A DNA stretch of 64,000 nucleotides from positions 69,380,001 to 69,444,000 of the forward strand of contig CM059432.1 of NCBI GenBank assembly GCA_030390025.1, in the 5' to 3' direction. This document shows, one piece after another, positions 12,501 to 23,900 of this stretch. Below the pieces are notes generated by a model. The model ran no database searches and was not told where the DNA came from. It saw nothing but the letters and a program-made list of their open reading frames with translations. The DNA is from Squalus acanthias. Taxonomy: Eukaryota. Made by a program: the position numbers and the translations under genes. Numbering within the stretch: the first letter of the stretch is position 1; each line of letters begins with the position of its first letter.

Positions 12501-13938
12501 CTTCTCTGAGATTTGCCTACATATCTGTTCCTCTATCTCCCCCTGACTGTTTTGGGACCCATAGTACACTCCCAGCAAAGTGCTTGCCCCCTTTTTGTTT
12601 TTAAGTTCTACCCATATGGCCTCATTAGAGGAACCTGCTCAGATATCATCCCTCCTTACAGCAGCAATTGACTCCTTGATTAATATTGCGACACCCCCTC
12701 CTCTTTTACACCCCCCCTCTGTCTCACCTGAAGTTTCTATACCCCGGAATATTGAGCTGCCAGTCCTGCCCCTCCGTCAACCATGTCTCTGTGATAGCAA
12801 CAATATCATACTCTCATGTGTTCATCAACACCTTCAATTCATCTGCCTTACTCGCAAGACTCCTTGCATTAAAATAAATGCCATCCAGCCTTGCCATACT
12901 CCCTTGTGCCATTACATATTTGCTCTGCCTTCCAGGCTGACTTGTTTTTTCCTCTATATTTGGCTGTGCATCACCCCCTACTATAGCTCCACTCCGTATC
13001 CCATCCCCCTGCCACGTTAGTTTAAACCCCCCCCAACAGTACTAGCAAACCTCCCCGCAAGGATGTTGGTCCCGTTCCGGTTCAGGTGCAACCCGTCCGA
13101 CTTGTACAGGTCCCACCTTCCCCAGACACAGACCCAGTGATCCAGGAAACTAAAGCCCTCCCTCCTGCACCAACTCTTTAGCCACGCATTCATCTGCTCT
13201 ATCCTCACTAGCACGTGGCACCGGGAGTAATCCAGAGATTACAACCTTTGAGGTCCTGCTTTTTAATCTGCTACCTAGCTCCCTAAATTCTTGTTGCAGG
13301 ACCTCATCCCTCTTTCTACCCATGTCGTTGGTACCAATGCGAACCACGACCTCTGACTGTTCGCCCTCCCCCTTCAGAATGCCCTGCAGCCGTTCAGTGA
13401 CATCCTTGACCCTGGCACCAGGGAGGCAACATGCCATCCTGGAGCCACGTCTGCGGCCACAGAAACGTCTATCTGTTCCCCTTACGATAGAATCCCCTAT
13501 CACTATTGCTCTCCCACTCTTTTTCCTCCCCTCCTGTGCAGCTGAACCACTCGTAGTGCCACGAACTTGGCTCTTGCTGCATTCCCCTGAGAAACCATCT
13601 CCCCCAGCAGTATCCAAAATGGAAAATCTGTTGGAGAGGGAGATGGACCCAGGGGACTCCTGCACTACCTTCCTAGTTCTTTTACTCTGTCTGGCGGTCA
13701 CCCATTTCCTGTCTGCCTGTGCACTCTTTCAGGAGGGCGGCCTGTAGTACCGCGGCACGACGTACCGACGCGCCTGGCGCTGTTGCATGTAGCGTCGCGA
13801 TATTCAATGTGAGTGCCCCAAGAGGGAGGGGGAGCGCTTCCAGTAGCGCCCCGCCTCCTGCTTGAGGTGCTACTATTCAATTTCGGGCGCAGGGGTGCTA
13901 ACTTTTTCGGGGTGCTAAAAGTAGCCAATTTTTCCCCC
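9560..13938. mobile_element. Harbinger-type MITE family L, split by a CR1 insertion
   Basis: TIRs gggggaaaaattgg and ccaatttttccccc. Halves 9560-10026 and about 13729-13938 rejoin to match the intact copy at 44530-45276. It sits inside an older CR1 3' fragment (about 9470-9559 and 14094-14350). Confidence 0.85.
10024..13728 (-). mobile_element. CR1 LINE with partial ORF1 (SGNH/GDSL esterase) and ORF2 (APE-RT), frameshifted
   Basis: ORF1 motifs IVIGDSIVRG, LPGARVKD, RIGTND, DGLHLNRNG (13017-13701). ORF2 motifs GDSDHNSV, GNYRPVSLTS, MDFSKAFDKV, GVPQGSVLGP, FADD. (ctatgact)n tail at about 10024-10042. Confidence 0.95.
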
Positions 13939-13948
13939 TAAGGATGGA

Positions 13949-14091
13949 ACTTTCAACTTTGGACAGAACGTAGAACGGGTGATATCGGATCGGCTACCCA
14001 TTGAAATCAATGGAAAGGAAAATTGGGCAGGGTGTATAATGGGTGGTCAGTCCGATGCCGCTCATTTTATATCCCTGCCGAAGTTGAAAGT
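13949..14091. mobile_element. Short palindromic MITE remnant
   Basis: Inverted ends actttcaactt and aagttgaaagt, with a central palindrome ccattgaaatcaatgg also found in 29895-30018. Confidence 0.5.
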
Positions 14092-14573
14092 TTGTAAGTG
14101 GGATAGAAAAGGTTAATTATGACCACAACTGCAGTTCAAGGAGACTTAGGTACAAGCTGGTAAAAGGGCAGCATAAGACTTATGTCAAGAAGCACTTCTT
14201 CATGCAAAGAGTGGTTAATACCTGTAATGGTCTTCTGAGTAGGGTAGTGGAGATAAAACCTCTGGAATCATTGAAGAGGCAGTGATGGGGCATCATAGGT
14301 TTCTACAAAATGAGCTAGATGGAGTGAATGGCCTCCATCATTTATACTTACCTTTTGTGATATGTTTAATTTTCTCTGCTTAAACTTAATACCATCAATG
14401 TTTCTCTGTCTAGAGAACATTGTCTGCGAATATTCTTAACTGCAGATTTTTCAGTGAGTTTTAGTGATTGGCAGCCTTAGGATTCACCCAAATCAGGCTC
14501 ATACTTTTAAGCAATAGGCAGCCCTGGTACTATAACTTAATAGATATGATAAAAATAATTTGCAAGTTAAACT

Positions 14574-14832
14574 GTTGTAATGTAGGAAACGCAGCAACCA
14601 ATTTGTACACAGCAAGCTCCCATAAACAGCAATGAGATAATGACCAGATAATCTGTTTCAGTGATGTTGACTGAGGGATAAATATTGGCCAGGACACCAG
14701 GGAGAATTTCCCTGCTCTTCTTTGAAATCGTGCCATGGGATCTTTTACGTCCACTTGAGAGAGCGGACGGGGCTTCGGTTTAACATCTCACCTGCAAGAC
14801 GGCACCTCCAACAGTGCAGCACTCCCTCAGTT
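14574..14832 (-). mobile_element. Deu-domain SINE (SacSINE1/AmnSINE1-like) fragment
   Basis: Reverse complement reads aagatcccatggcacgatttcaaagaagagcagggaaattctccctggtgtcctggccaatatttatccctc...ttgctgtttatgggagcttgctgtg, matching the other copies in the window. Confidence 0.8.
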
Positions 14833-15944
14833 AAACATCGAACAACTCCGTGGAGTAGAGCAGTGGCAATCCTCCATACCATCCCACATATAAAATCCAC
14901 TTTAATGGTGTGAGTTTTCTGCCACCCAGTAACATCCAGACTATTATTACACGTTAGTGCTGAGTGTGCAGACATGTCTATTATAGTCTCTGTTAATGTC
15001 CATGTTACAGGAAGCGATAGTTTACATTATTTATCATGAATAACTTTAGTTACCAAGGTATTGTGACGGCAAGATATTATTTTATGAGGAAGTACATTGC
15101 GATTTACTGGCATTTTCTTGATTAGGTATAAACTGGGACACAGTATTATTGTAAACTTTCCCTCATAATAAACCGTTTCCCTTAACCCACAGATAAAGCG
15201 ATCTTCAGTAAACGGAGGAAGTCAAAACTCAGGAAGATCGGCCAAATGGCCTGTTTCTGTGATGCAAATTCTATGTAATGGATTTTTGATGAAAACTACT
15301 TTGTTTAATTGTATCAGACATGTTTCCCCTTTGCATGTGCTTATCAGCACCTCCAGTGGTGAAACTGTGTTATGTTATTGATCACAAGTGTTAAAAGCTT
15401 ACTGGGAGAACTTTCCCCTGTGTACTATGTGTAATAGTAAATCAATTTACCAAGGACTGATTTGTAATTTTGTTACATATAGCGCACAGAGGTTACCTTT
15501 AACCGTTAATCCACATTAATGGATGCTTATATAACAAGTACAATTTTTCACACTAAATGTTTTTTTTTGTCATTTTACTCCTCTCCTGAAGGCAGTGACT
15601 CGGGTAAACCTTCACAAGCACCATGAATCCTCTGTATCTATACCAAGTGGCTATTCTTTGTGTATGAGCTTAGACGATGGGATAGAATTAACTATCGGGT
15701 GGCTAACCGGTGGAGTGCGCTGGCCGCCCGCCCAATCCTGCTGACAGAAGGCCAGGTCCATTTTGAGGACCTGGCTTCATTACCATGCTGCTGGTGAGCT
15801 GCAGGTGCCAAATGGGCACCCCATAGTCACTCCCTCACTCTCACACGGGCATGTAATCTATTTTATTACATGTCCATGTAAGTAATATTTGAAGGAGTAT
15901 CATACATTCAGCATTCTAACATATGTTTCTCTTCTGTTTCGATA

Positions 15945-16870
15945 GGCATTACCTAAGTACCAAGTGCAGCTCTCAGTGCTGCAAAAGAAACTAGCACCAC
16001 TCACTCTACCTATCGGAAGCACCAACACAACACAGGTACATCACCCTGGGGAATTTAGATAGTCAGTTGAGGAGGGAGCATTGGGTAAATAAATGAGCAC
16101 AAGAGAAGGATGGTGGCAGTGCAGGAGCAGCTATTTGCTGGTAGGATGTCCTGCTTGCATCCTCCCTACGCTGCAGAGACAGCGATTCAGACCTCATGGG
16201 GTCTGCATAAGAAAGAAATTTGCGATATGTTGATGATCATCTTCTGAAATCATTTAGTACTGTGCACAATATCCTGTAATGTCTGCCAATGGATGTGGAG
16301 GAATCCACTAGCACATCTGTGCAGTTGTGCACGACTGCTTACTGGAGCTGCTGTCCACGATGGAATAATAACAAATCCATGGGCATCTGCAGCTGAAATC
16401 CTAAACTTGGTCAGAGTAACCCATGTGATTGCTCAGTGTGCTGCTACAGAGGCCTGGAGCACAAAATGCACAGGAGGATCTCTTCAACAGGCTGGATGAT
16501 CTGAGGGAGAAAGCCATTATGCAGGGCTTCACAAACCTTATTAGTGCCACAGGTCTGCTATCTTAGTGACAGTTCAGTGGGCTTGCTGAGGAAGTGCCCA
16601 GCATGTCTAGAGTAGAAACAGATAAGGCTGCTGTCTCTCATAGGGCGTGTTAGAACGAGTTGCAGGACCATCTTATTACCCAGATGACCCAGTCCAAGAA
16701 GGTACAGCACCATTTCAATCCCAGGGGATTTCCTCTAATTTCACTTCCACCTTCCATTGGGCAAACACCTAAAAGGACACTAGGGCAGATTCTAGTAAAC
16801 ACACACCAAGGGAAGAGCTTGGGTATAAGCCGCAAGGCACATACACAGATCACTTAGAGGGTAATAAATT
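15945..16870 (+). pseudogene. Highly decayed remnant, probably the 3' exon of a Harbinger Myb-like gene
   Basis: Acceptor-like ttctcttctgtttcgatag followed by sequence loosely resembling exon 3 at 50454-51430. No intact frame. Confidence 0.3.
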
Positions 16871-17010
16871 GGCAACATTTTATTTCAAGTTCATCCAGAG
16901 AATTTACCTCTGTTGGTGCAGATTAAAGAAGCAGCTGGGGTGTCGTGGGGGCGTTGTGCGAGTTTACAGCCTGTAGCACGTTAACTTTTTATTGAGAAGT
17001 ATATGCTCAC

Positions 17011-17145
17011 CAATGTTCCCTCTAACGGGCTGCACGGCCCATTCAAAATTCCGCGCATGCGGGGTTTTTCCATTTAAAAGCCGGTGAGCTGGCTGCGCGG
17101 GACCTCCAGAGTGCAGCGCGGCCGCGCAGCTTAAAGGGAGCATTG
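17011..17145. mobile_element. 135-bp hAT MITE
   Basis: TIRs caatgttccctctaa and ttaaagggagcattg. Perfect 8-bp TSD atgctcac (17003-17010 and 17146-17153). Confidence 0.9.
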
Positions 17146-17291
17146 ATGCTCACTTCTTGTGAGCTAAACAATGGCAGCGTACACGTGTCAAATGGAGCTC
17201 TGACTAGCAGCTTGCCCCGACCCGAGTCCGGTCACCTACTCAAGTCCTACTAGGACTTCAAACTGCCGCCATCACTGCTGTAAAAGCTAAA

Positions 17292-17983
17292 GGGGGCGAA
17301 ATTGGGTGCCTTTGCACCTCGGGGCACTAACGGGGCGCAAATGTCTTTGTAACCGGGCACGGCGCTGACATCAACTCCCACCATATTCGGCGGGAGTTTT
17401 GCGGTGGCACTACGGTGTTGCACCCCAATCTCCTTCGCCCGAGATCGTGACGTCATTGCCATGCGCATCGTCCCGGTAGCACACCAGACTCGAAATTGAC
17501 TTCCGCCCCCGGCAGCAGCGCTAGTCAAAAACACCGACAGCTGCAGGAGGCGTGCATCAAAAAAAAAACCGCACCTTTCTTGTTCCAGTTTTTTTCGCTG
17601 GTTCCTGCCTGCGATCGATCCGCCCGGCACTCTGCTTGAGAGCCGGGCTGATCGCGCGGGATCGCGGCTGCCTTGGTGGTCCAGGTAGGTACTTTTTAAA
17701 TTGCAGAGCCTGCAGCGATGGCCCTTCCCTTTAAGTGATGGGAAGGAGCCTTTGAACGCGGCAGCACTGCAGGGCCCAGTATGCAGCGCTGTTGTAGTCT
17801 CCGCCCCGCCTGCTTCCGATTGCGCTCCAAGAAGGAAGTGGAGTGCTTGATTTAGCGCGCCACTTTCTTCCTGGAGCGCAAAACCGAATTTTTTTAAAGT
17901 TTAGCAACATTAGTGCCTGCCGCTAATTTTCTCAACTTTTAAAATTTAGTACCCCAAACAGGGCTATAATGAATTTCTCCCCC
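17292..17983. mobile_element. Harbinger-type MITE
   Basis: TIRs gggggcgaaatt and aatttctccccc. Flanks aaa/aga. CpG-rich, with left-arm motifs shared with families K and L. Confidence 0.75.
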
Positions 17984-18084
17984 AGAGTGTCTGAAGGCAG
18001 CTGCATACTGTTGGCATGAATTCTTGCAAAATCTGAAATTTTTGCGCACAGTATGCGGCAGAATCAATCATTGAACCTGACCTG

Positions 18085-18366
18085 ATGGCCATTTAGGACT
18101 GAGATGAGAAGAAATTTCTTCATTCAAAGGGTTATGAATCTCCAGAATTCTCTACCCCAGAGGGCTGTGGATGCTCAGTCATTGAATATATTGAGATCGA
18201 TAGATTTTTGGATACTAAGGGAACCAAGGGATATGGGGATAGTGCGGGAAGGTGGAGTTGAGGTAGAAGATCAGCCATGATCTTATTGAATGGCAGAGCA
18301 GGCTTGAAGAGCCGAATAGCCTACTTCTGCTCCTATTTCTTAAGTTCTTATGTTCTTATATTCTTA
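18085..18366 (+). mobile_element. CR1 3'-end fragment with (ttcttatg)n tail
   Basis: ggccatttaggactgagatgagaagaaatttcttc...cctacttctgctcctatttcttaagttcttatgttctta. Same subfamily as 52509-54436. Confidence 0.85.
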
Positions 18367-18371
18367 CCTGA

Positions 18372-19878
18372 TGGAACTGGAACCTGGATCTGATGGCCTA
18401 CATCCTAGGGTTTTAAAAGAGGTGGCTACAGAGATAGTGGGTGTATTGATTTTGATCTTCCAGAATTCTCTAGATTCTAGAATGGATTGGAAGGTAGCAA
18501 ATATAACACCCCTGTTCAAGAAAGGAGGGAGAGAGAAAACAGGGAACTATAGGCTAGTTAGCCTGACATCAGTAGTGGGGAAAATGCTAGAATCTATTAT
18601 TAGAGATGTGGTAACAGGGCCCTTGGAAAATCACAATATGACTGGGCAGAGTCAACACGGATTTGTGAAAGGGAAATCTTGTTTTACAGATCTGTTAGAG
18701 TTTTTTGAGGTTGTAACTAGCAGGGTAGATAAGGGGGTAGCAGTGGATGTAGTGTATTTGGATTTTCAAAAAGCATGCGATAAGGTGCCACACAAGAGGA
18801 TTTACACAAAATTAGAGCTCATGGGATTGGGGGTAACATATTAGCATGGATTGAGGATTGGTTAACGGACAGAAAACAGAGAGTAGGAATAAATGGGTCA
18901 TTTTCGGGTTGGCAGGCTGCAACTAGTGGGGTACCACAAGGATCAGTGGTTGGGCCTCAGCTATTTACAATCTATATCAATGATTTAGATGAGGGGACCG
19001 AGTGTAATGTATCCAAGTTTGATGATGATACAGAGCTAGGTGGGAAATTAAGCTGTGAGGAGGACGCAAAGAGGCAGCAAAAGGATATAGACAGGTTAAG
19101 TGAGTGAGCAAGAACGTGGCAGATGGTCTATAATATGGAGAACTGTGAAGTTATCCACTTTGGTAGGAAAAATAGAAAATCAAAATATTTTTTAAAAGGT
19201 GAGAGATTGGGAAATGTTGGTATTCAGAGGGACCTGGGTGTCCTTGTACATGAATCACTTAAAGTTAACATGCAGGTACAGCAAGCAATTAGGAAAGCAA
19301 ATGGTATGTTAGCCTTTATTACAGAAGGAATGGAGTATAAGAGTAAAGACGTCTTACTGCAATTATATAGGGCTTTGGTGAGACCACTGTGTACAGTTTT
19401 GGTCTTCTTACCTAAGGAAGGATATACTTGCCATAGAGGGAGTGCAACAAAGGTTCACCAGACTAATTCCTGGGATGAGGGGATTGTCCTATGAGGAGAG
19501 ATGGCACAGACTAGGCTTATATTCCCTACAGTTTAGAAGAATGAAAGGTGATCTCATTGAAACATATAAAATTCTTAAGGGGCTTGACAAGGTAGATGCT
19601 GGAAGATGCTTCCCCTGGCTGGGACATCTAGAACTAGGGGTCACAGAATCAGAATAAGGGGTCGGCCATTTAAGACTGAGATGAGGAGAAATTTCTTCAC
19701 TCAGAGGGTCGTGAATCATTGGAATTCTCTAATCCAGAGGGCTGTGGATGCTCAGTCATTGAGTATATTCAAGACAGAGTTCGATAGATTTTTAGATACT
19801 AAGAGAACCAAGGGATATGGGGATAGTGCGTTAAAGTGGAATTGAGTAAAAAATTAGCGATGATCTTATTGAATGGTT
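18372..19878 (+). mobile_element. CR1 LINE RT fragment, disrupted
   Basis: PGSDGLHPRVLKE, GNYRLVSLTSVVGK, YLDFQKACDKVPH, RRNFFTQRVVNHWNSL. Confidence 0.92.
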
Positions 19879-20189
19879 GAGCTCTTTGGTAGGCTTGCCA
19901 TTGCACCTAGCATTTCTATGTGTATGGCCATCACCCTTCTTTTGAAGGCCGCCCTATCGAAGTCATCATCTGAGTGCTCTGCAGCAGAACCTGTGTGCAA
20001 ATTCACCCTCCAGGGAGCTGGCACCTGCACTACCCTTTCCCCCTGGCCTGGCTGCAGCCCATTCATGCCCGGTGACTCACCACGTGCAGATCCTGCTTCT
20101 AAACCACCCTCTAAAGTCCGTTCGTACCATTTTCTGAGCTGGTACCTGGGAGTGTTAGATCGAGTGACGGTGCCTCTTCTCCTTCACTC

Positions 20190-20645
20190 CCCTCCTCCAT
20201 AACATTGGGGACAGGCTGTGCTGGTGGCAGTTCTTGGGATTGTGGGGTATGAGTCGTGATTGCTAGAGTTTGTTGGTAGGTGAGTGATGGGGTGTGGTGC
20301 ATTGAGCAGTGTGTGAGGCTTGTGATGAAGATGGTGGGATATGACATTTGAAGCTGCATTCACTCATCTTGATGCGGAGATGCCGGTGTTGGACTGGGGT
20401 GGACAAAAATGAGAAGTTGCACAACACCAGGTTATAGTCCAACAGTTTTATTTAAAATTACGAGCTTTCGGAGCTGCTGCCCCTTCGTTAGGTAGAGGTA
20501 CAATCTACCTGACGAAGGGGCAGCAGCTCCGAAAGCTCGTAATTTTAAATAAAACTGTTAGACTATAACCTGGTGTTGTGCGACTTCTCATTTTTGTTCA
20601 CTCATCTTGACCACTCATGTGAGGTCATTAAACGTTTTGCAACTG
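20190..20645 (-). pseudogene. Remnant of a Harbinger Myb/SANT-like gene (end of exon 1 plus intron)
   Basis: Minus strand reads tgc aaa acg ttt aat gac ctc aca tga gtg gtc aag (CKTFNDLT*VVK). The intron gtgaatgcagcttcaaa...agcctcacacactgctcaatgcaccac is homologous to 32597-32670. Confidence 0.6.
20373..20596. mobile_element. Penelope-like retroelement-derived inverted repeat with hammerhead-ribozyme-like cores
   Basis: Arms of about 94 bp (20403-20496 and 20504-20597) with 3 mismatches and a 7-nt loop. 14-bp TSD ttcactcatcttga (20359-20372 and 20597-20610). Core ctgacga-a-ggggc agca gctcc-gaaa at 20509-20534. Confidence 0.8.
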
Positions 20646-22162
20646 GAGGGATCAGAGTGTCAGCTCGGACTGGAGGGGTCAGAGTGTCAGCTCGGATTGG
20701 GAGATCAGAGTGTCAGCTCGGATTGGGAGATCACAGTGTCAGCTCGGACTGGGAGATCAGAGTGTCAGCTCGGACTGGGAGATCAGAGTGTCAGCTCGGA
20801 TTGGGAGATCAGAGTGTCAGCTCGGATTGGGAGATCAGAGTGTCAGCACGGACTGGAGGGATCAGAGTGTCAGCTCGGATTGGGAGATCAGAGTGTCAGC
20901 CCGGACTGGGAGATCAGAGTGTCAGCACGGACTGGGAGATCAGAGTGTCAGCACGGATTGGGAGATCAGAGTGTCAGCTCGGATTGGGAGATCAGAGTTT
21001 CAGAATGGATTGGGAGATCAGAGCGTCAGCACGGATTGGGAGATCAGAGTGTCAGCACGGATTGGGAGATCAGAGCGTCAGCACGGATTGGGAGATCAGA
21101 GTGTCAGCACGGACTGGGAGATCAGAGTGTCAGCACGGATTGGGAGATCAGAGTGTCAGCTCGGATTGGGAGATCAGAGTTTCAGAATGGATTGGGAGAT
21201 CAGAGTGTCAGCTCGGATTGGGAGATCAGAGTTTCAGAATGGATTGGGAGATCAGAGTGTCAGCTCGGATTGGGAGATCAGAGTTTCAGAATGGATTGGG
21301 AGATCAGAGCGTCAGCACGGATTGGGAGATCAGAGTGTCAGCACGGACTGGGAGATCAGAGCGTCAGCTCGGATTGGGAGATCAGAGTGTCAGCTCGGAT
21401 TGGGAGATCAGAGTGTCAGCACGGATTGGGAGATCAGAGTGTCAGCTCGGATTGGGAGATCAGAGTGTCAGAATAGATTGGGAGATCAGAGTGTCAGCAC
21501 GGACTGGGAGATCAGAGTGTCAGCCCGGATTGGGAGATCAGAGTGTCAGCACGGACTGGGAGATCAGAGTGTCAGCACGGATTGGGAGATCAGAGTGTCA
21601 GCACGGACTGGGAGATCAGAGTGTCAGCACGGATTGGGAGATCAGAGTGTCAGCACGGACTGGGAGATCAGAGTGTCAGCACGGACTGGGAGATCAGAGT
21701 GTCAGCACGGATTGGGAGATCAGAGTGTCAGCACGGATTGGGAGATCAGAGTGTCAGCACGGACTGGGAGATCAGAGTGTCAGCACGGATTGGGAGATCA
21801 GAGTGTCAGCACGGACTGGGAGATCAGAGTGTCAGCACGGACTGGGAGATCAGAGTGTCAGCACGGATTGGGAGATCAGAGTGTCAGCACGGACTGGGAG
21901 ATCAGAGTGTCAGCACGGATTGGGAGATCAGAGTGTCAGCACGGATTGGGAGATCAGAGTGTCAGCACGGACTGGGAGATCAGAGTGTCAGCACGGATTG
22001 GAGATCAGAGTGTCAGCACGGATTGGAGATCAGAGTGTCAGAATGGATTGGGAGATCAGAGTGTCAGCACGGACTGGGAGATCAGAGTGTCAGCTCGGAT
22101 TGGAGATCAGAGTGTCAGCACGGATTGGAGATCAGAGTGTCAGAATGGATTGGGAGATCAGT
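20642..22162. repeat. 26-bp minisatellite, about 58 copies (gggagatcagagtgtcagcacggatt)
   Basis: Directly visible tandem array with variant units (ctcgg/cacgg, act/att, tttcagaatgg) and a few 25-bp units near the right end. Confidence 0.98.
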
Positions 22163-22323
22163 GCTATCATGAATGGGGGAACCAGAGTTCCAGCACACAC
22201 TAATTCTGGCAACTTCCCTACTGATTTTATACTAAAAAAATTTTTATACTACACATTTTGTGTTGGCGCAAAGCCAAAACCAATGCGTTTAAACAAAATG
22301 TACAGTATAACCAGTCCATAATA

Positions 22324-22618
22324 CAAGATTATCTGATCTAACTGAGGAAATTTATCTCTTTACAAGTCTCCTGCAGAATATCTTAACTAAAATAGATCTG
22401 TGAAATGTGACAGGTTTGTACTCAAATAAGCAAACAGTGTAGTTATCTCAGCTCTGATGGTGACAAGCAATTCATTTGTATGTCTGTCTGACAGCTATCA
22501 AGACACCAGCAAAAGGCAGGAATACACAGTTTTGCCCATTAACACCTAAGAACAGAATGTGACAGTAAAGTACTGGTGACTCCATCAAACTGAAAAAATA
22601 TTATGGTTAGAGTGTTAA
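22324..22618. repeat. Left copy of a long-range inverted duplication
   Basis: Reverse complement matches 28675-28837 plus 28984-29096. For example tgcccattaacacctaagaacagaatgtgacagtaaagtactggtga matches exactly. Confidence 0.9.
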
Positions 22619-23689
22619 ACTGCATGAGATTAAGTAACACGGCTTTGTCTGTGTTTTTTCATAATTAGTTTACTGCTGTGATTAACAGTTCTTTTCAGTG
22701 ACCGAAGTGTTTGTTAAAGAGGATGTGTTTTGTGTGCTTAATCCAGAGGTGCTAAAGTTTGTTTCTTTCAAACCAGCAGAGTGTAAAATTAATTCAAAGT
22801 AGATTTTCATTTTATTTACCCATGATGACTGAAAATAAAGGTTGTAGCTGTTGCTTTGGAGTTTGCAGAGACAAATAGTGCATGAGCTAGAACTACAAAA
22901 ACAGCTACTGTGCACGTACAACTGGGAATGGGCTCGACTGGAACATTACAATGGATAAAGAGATATAACTAAATAATACAATATTAAACATTAAATAGCA
23001 AATATTTAACACACACATTCAATAGTGTACAGAGCAGCTGTATTTCTAATTGAAACTTTTTAAAATAATTTTCTTGCTGCTGTAAGCTATTGGTGCATTT
23101 ATCCAATGCATATGTATTAGCGTGAGATAAAAAAGAGCTAAAGGAAAGTTTTTAAAAACCTGATAAAGATAAAATACAGATTTTTCCTTGCATGTTTCTG
23201 AGATTCAAAGTCTGAAAAGGCAACTAGGGAGAGTTTTCACTCTGATGAACTAGAGTTGCATGTACTTGCTGGGCCGGGGGTGTGTGTGCAAAACTGAAGT
23301 CAGAGTGGCAGCGCTATAAATTGGTCGTGGAGGGGGGCAACTGCCCATTATTTTCTGACCTGGCATCACTGGCACTGCAGGAGTGTGCAGATCCCATTAA
23401 CAACTCAAAATTATGTAGATAGAGGCGAGTTTCCCTCTGCTGCATTTTTCAATAGTTTTGCCTGAAATTGCTGTGCACCTGTATAAAACGGGTGCCTCTG
23501 TAACTTGGCTTATTGGCCCTGAGAACTTAAAGGTAATTTTGCAAGTGACAGTGAAGTTGTTTTTATTGGCCCTTATGGTTTAATTTAGTTGCCTTTTGTC
23601 ATTTTGCTGTTTACTGCTGATTTTTCTTTAGTTTGTCATCACCTACTGTTTAAGGGAGTTGCACATTGAATAAAAATAGTCCTTAATGG

Positions 23690-23900
23690 ATGGAATAGCA
23701 TTCTTCCGAGCATTCCTCTTGCCTTCAGGGAGCTTGATATGATGGAAAATTGCAGAGGAATGATCAGAGGGAGGTTTGCCTGCACCTGAGGTGAGATGCA
23801 CAGACCTGCTGGTCCCCAAGTAGGCAGGTCCACAGGCCTCACCAGAGCTACCTGGCATGTTGGAGATGTGCCTTCACTACCTATACTTTACTGTGCAGAC
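23690..23900 (+). pseudogene. Very old Harbinger transposase 5' remnant
   Basis: aggcctcaccagagctacctg..gagatgtgccttcactacctatacttt loosely matches the RxSYLxxSExQCxxRLRF block seen at 42850-42935 and 55430-55500. Confidence 0.3.

Noticed and set aside
15345..15362. CTCF-like motif (others near 8777 and 27325)
   Set aside because: Isolated short matches are expected by chance in 64 kb and cannot be supported without binding data.
20642..22162. CRISPR-like array
   Set aside because: Units abut directly with no unique spacers, there are no cas genes, and the context is eukaryotic.
20573..22321. 582-, 497-, 289- and 209-aa ORFs
   Set aside because: Artefacts of a stop-free 26-bp tandem unit; all frames give the same repeating peptide.
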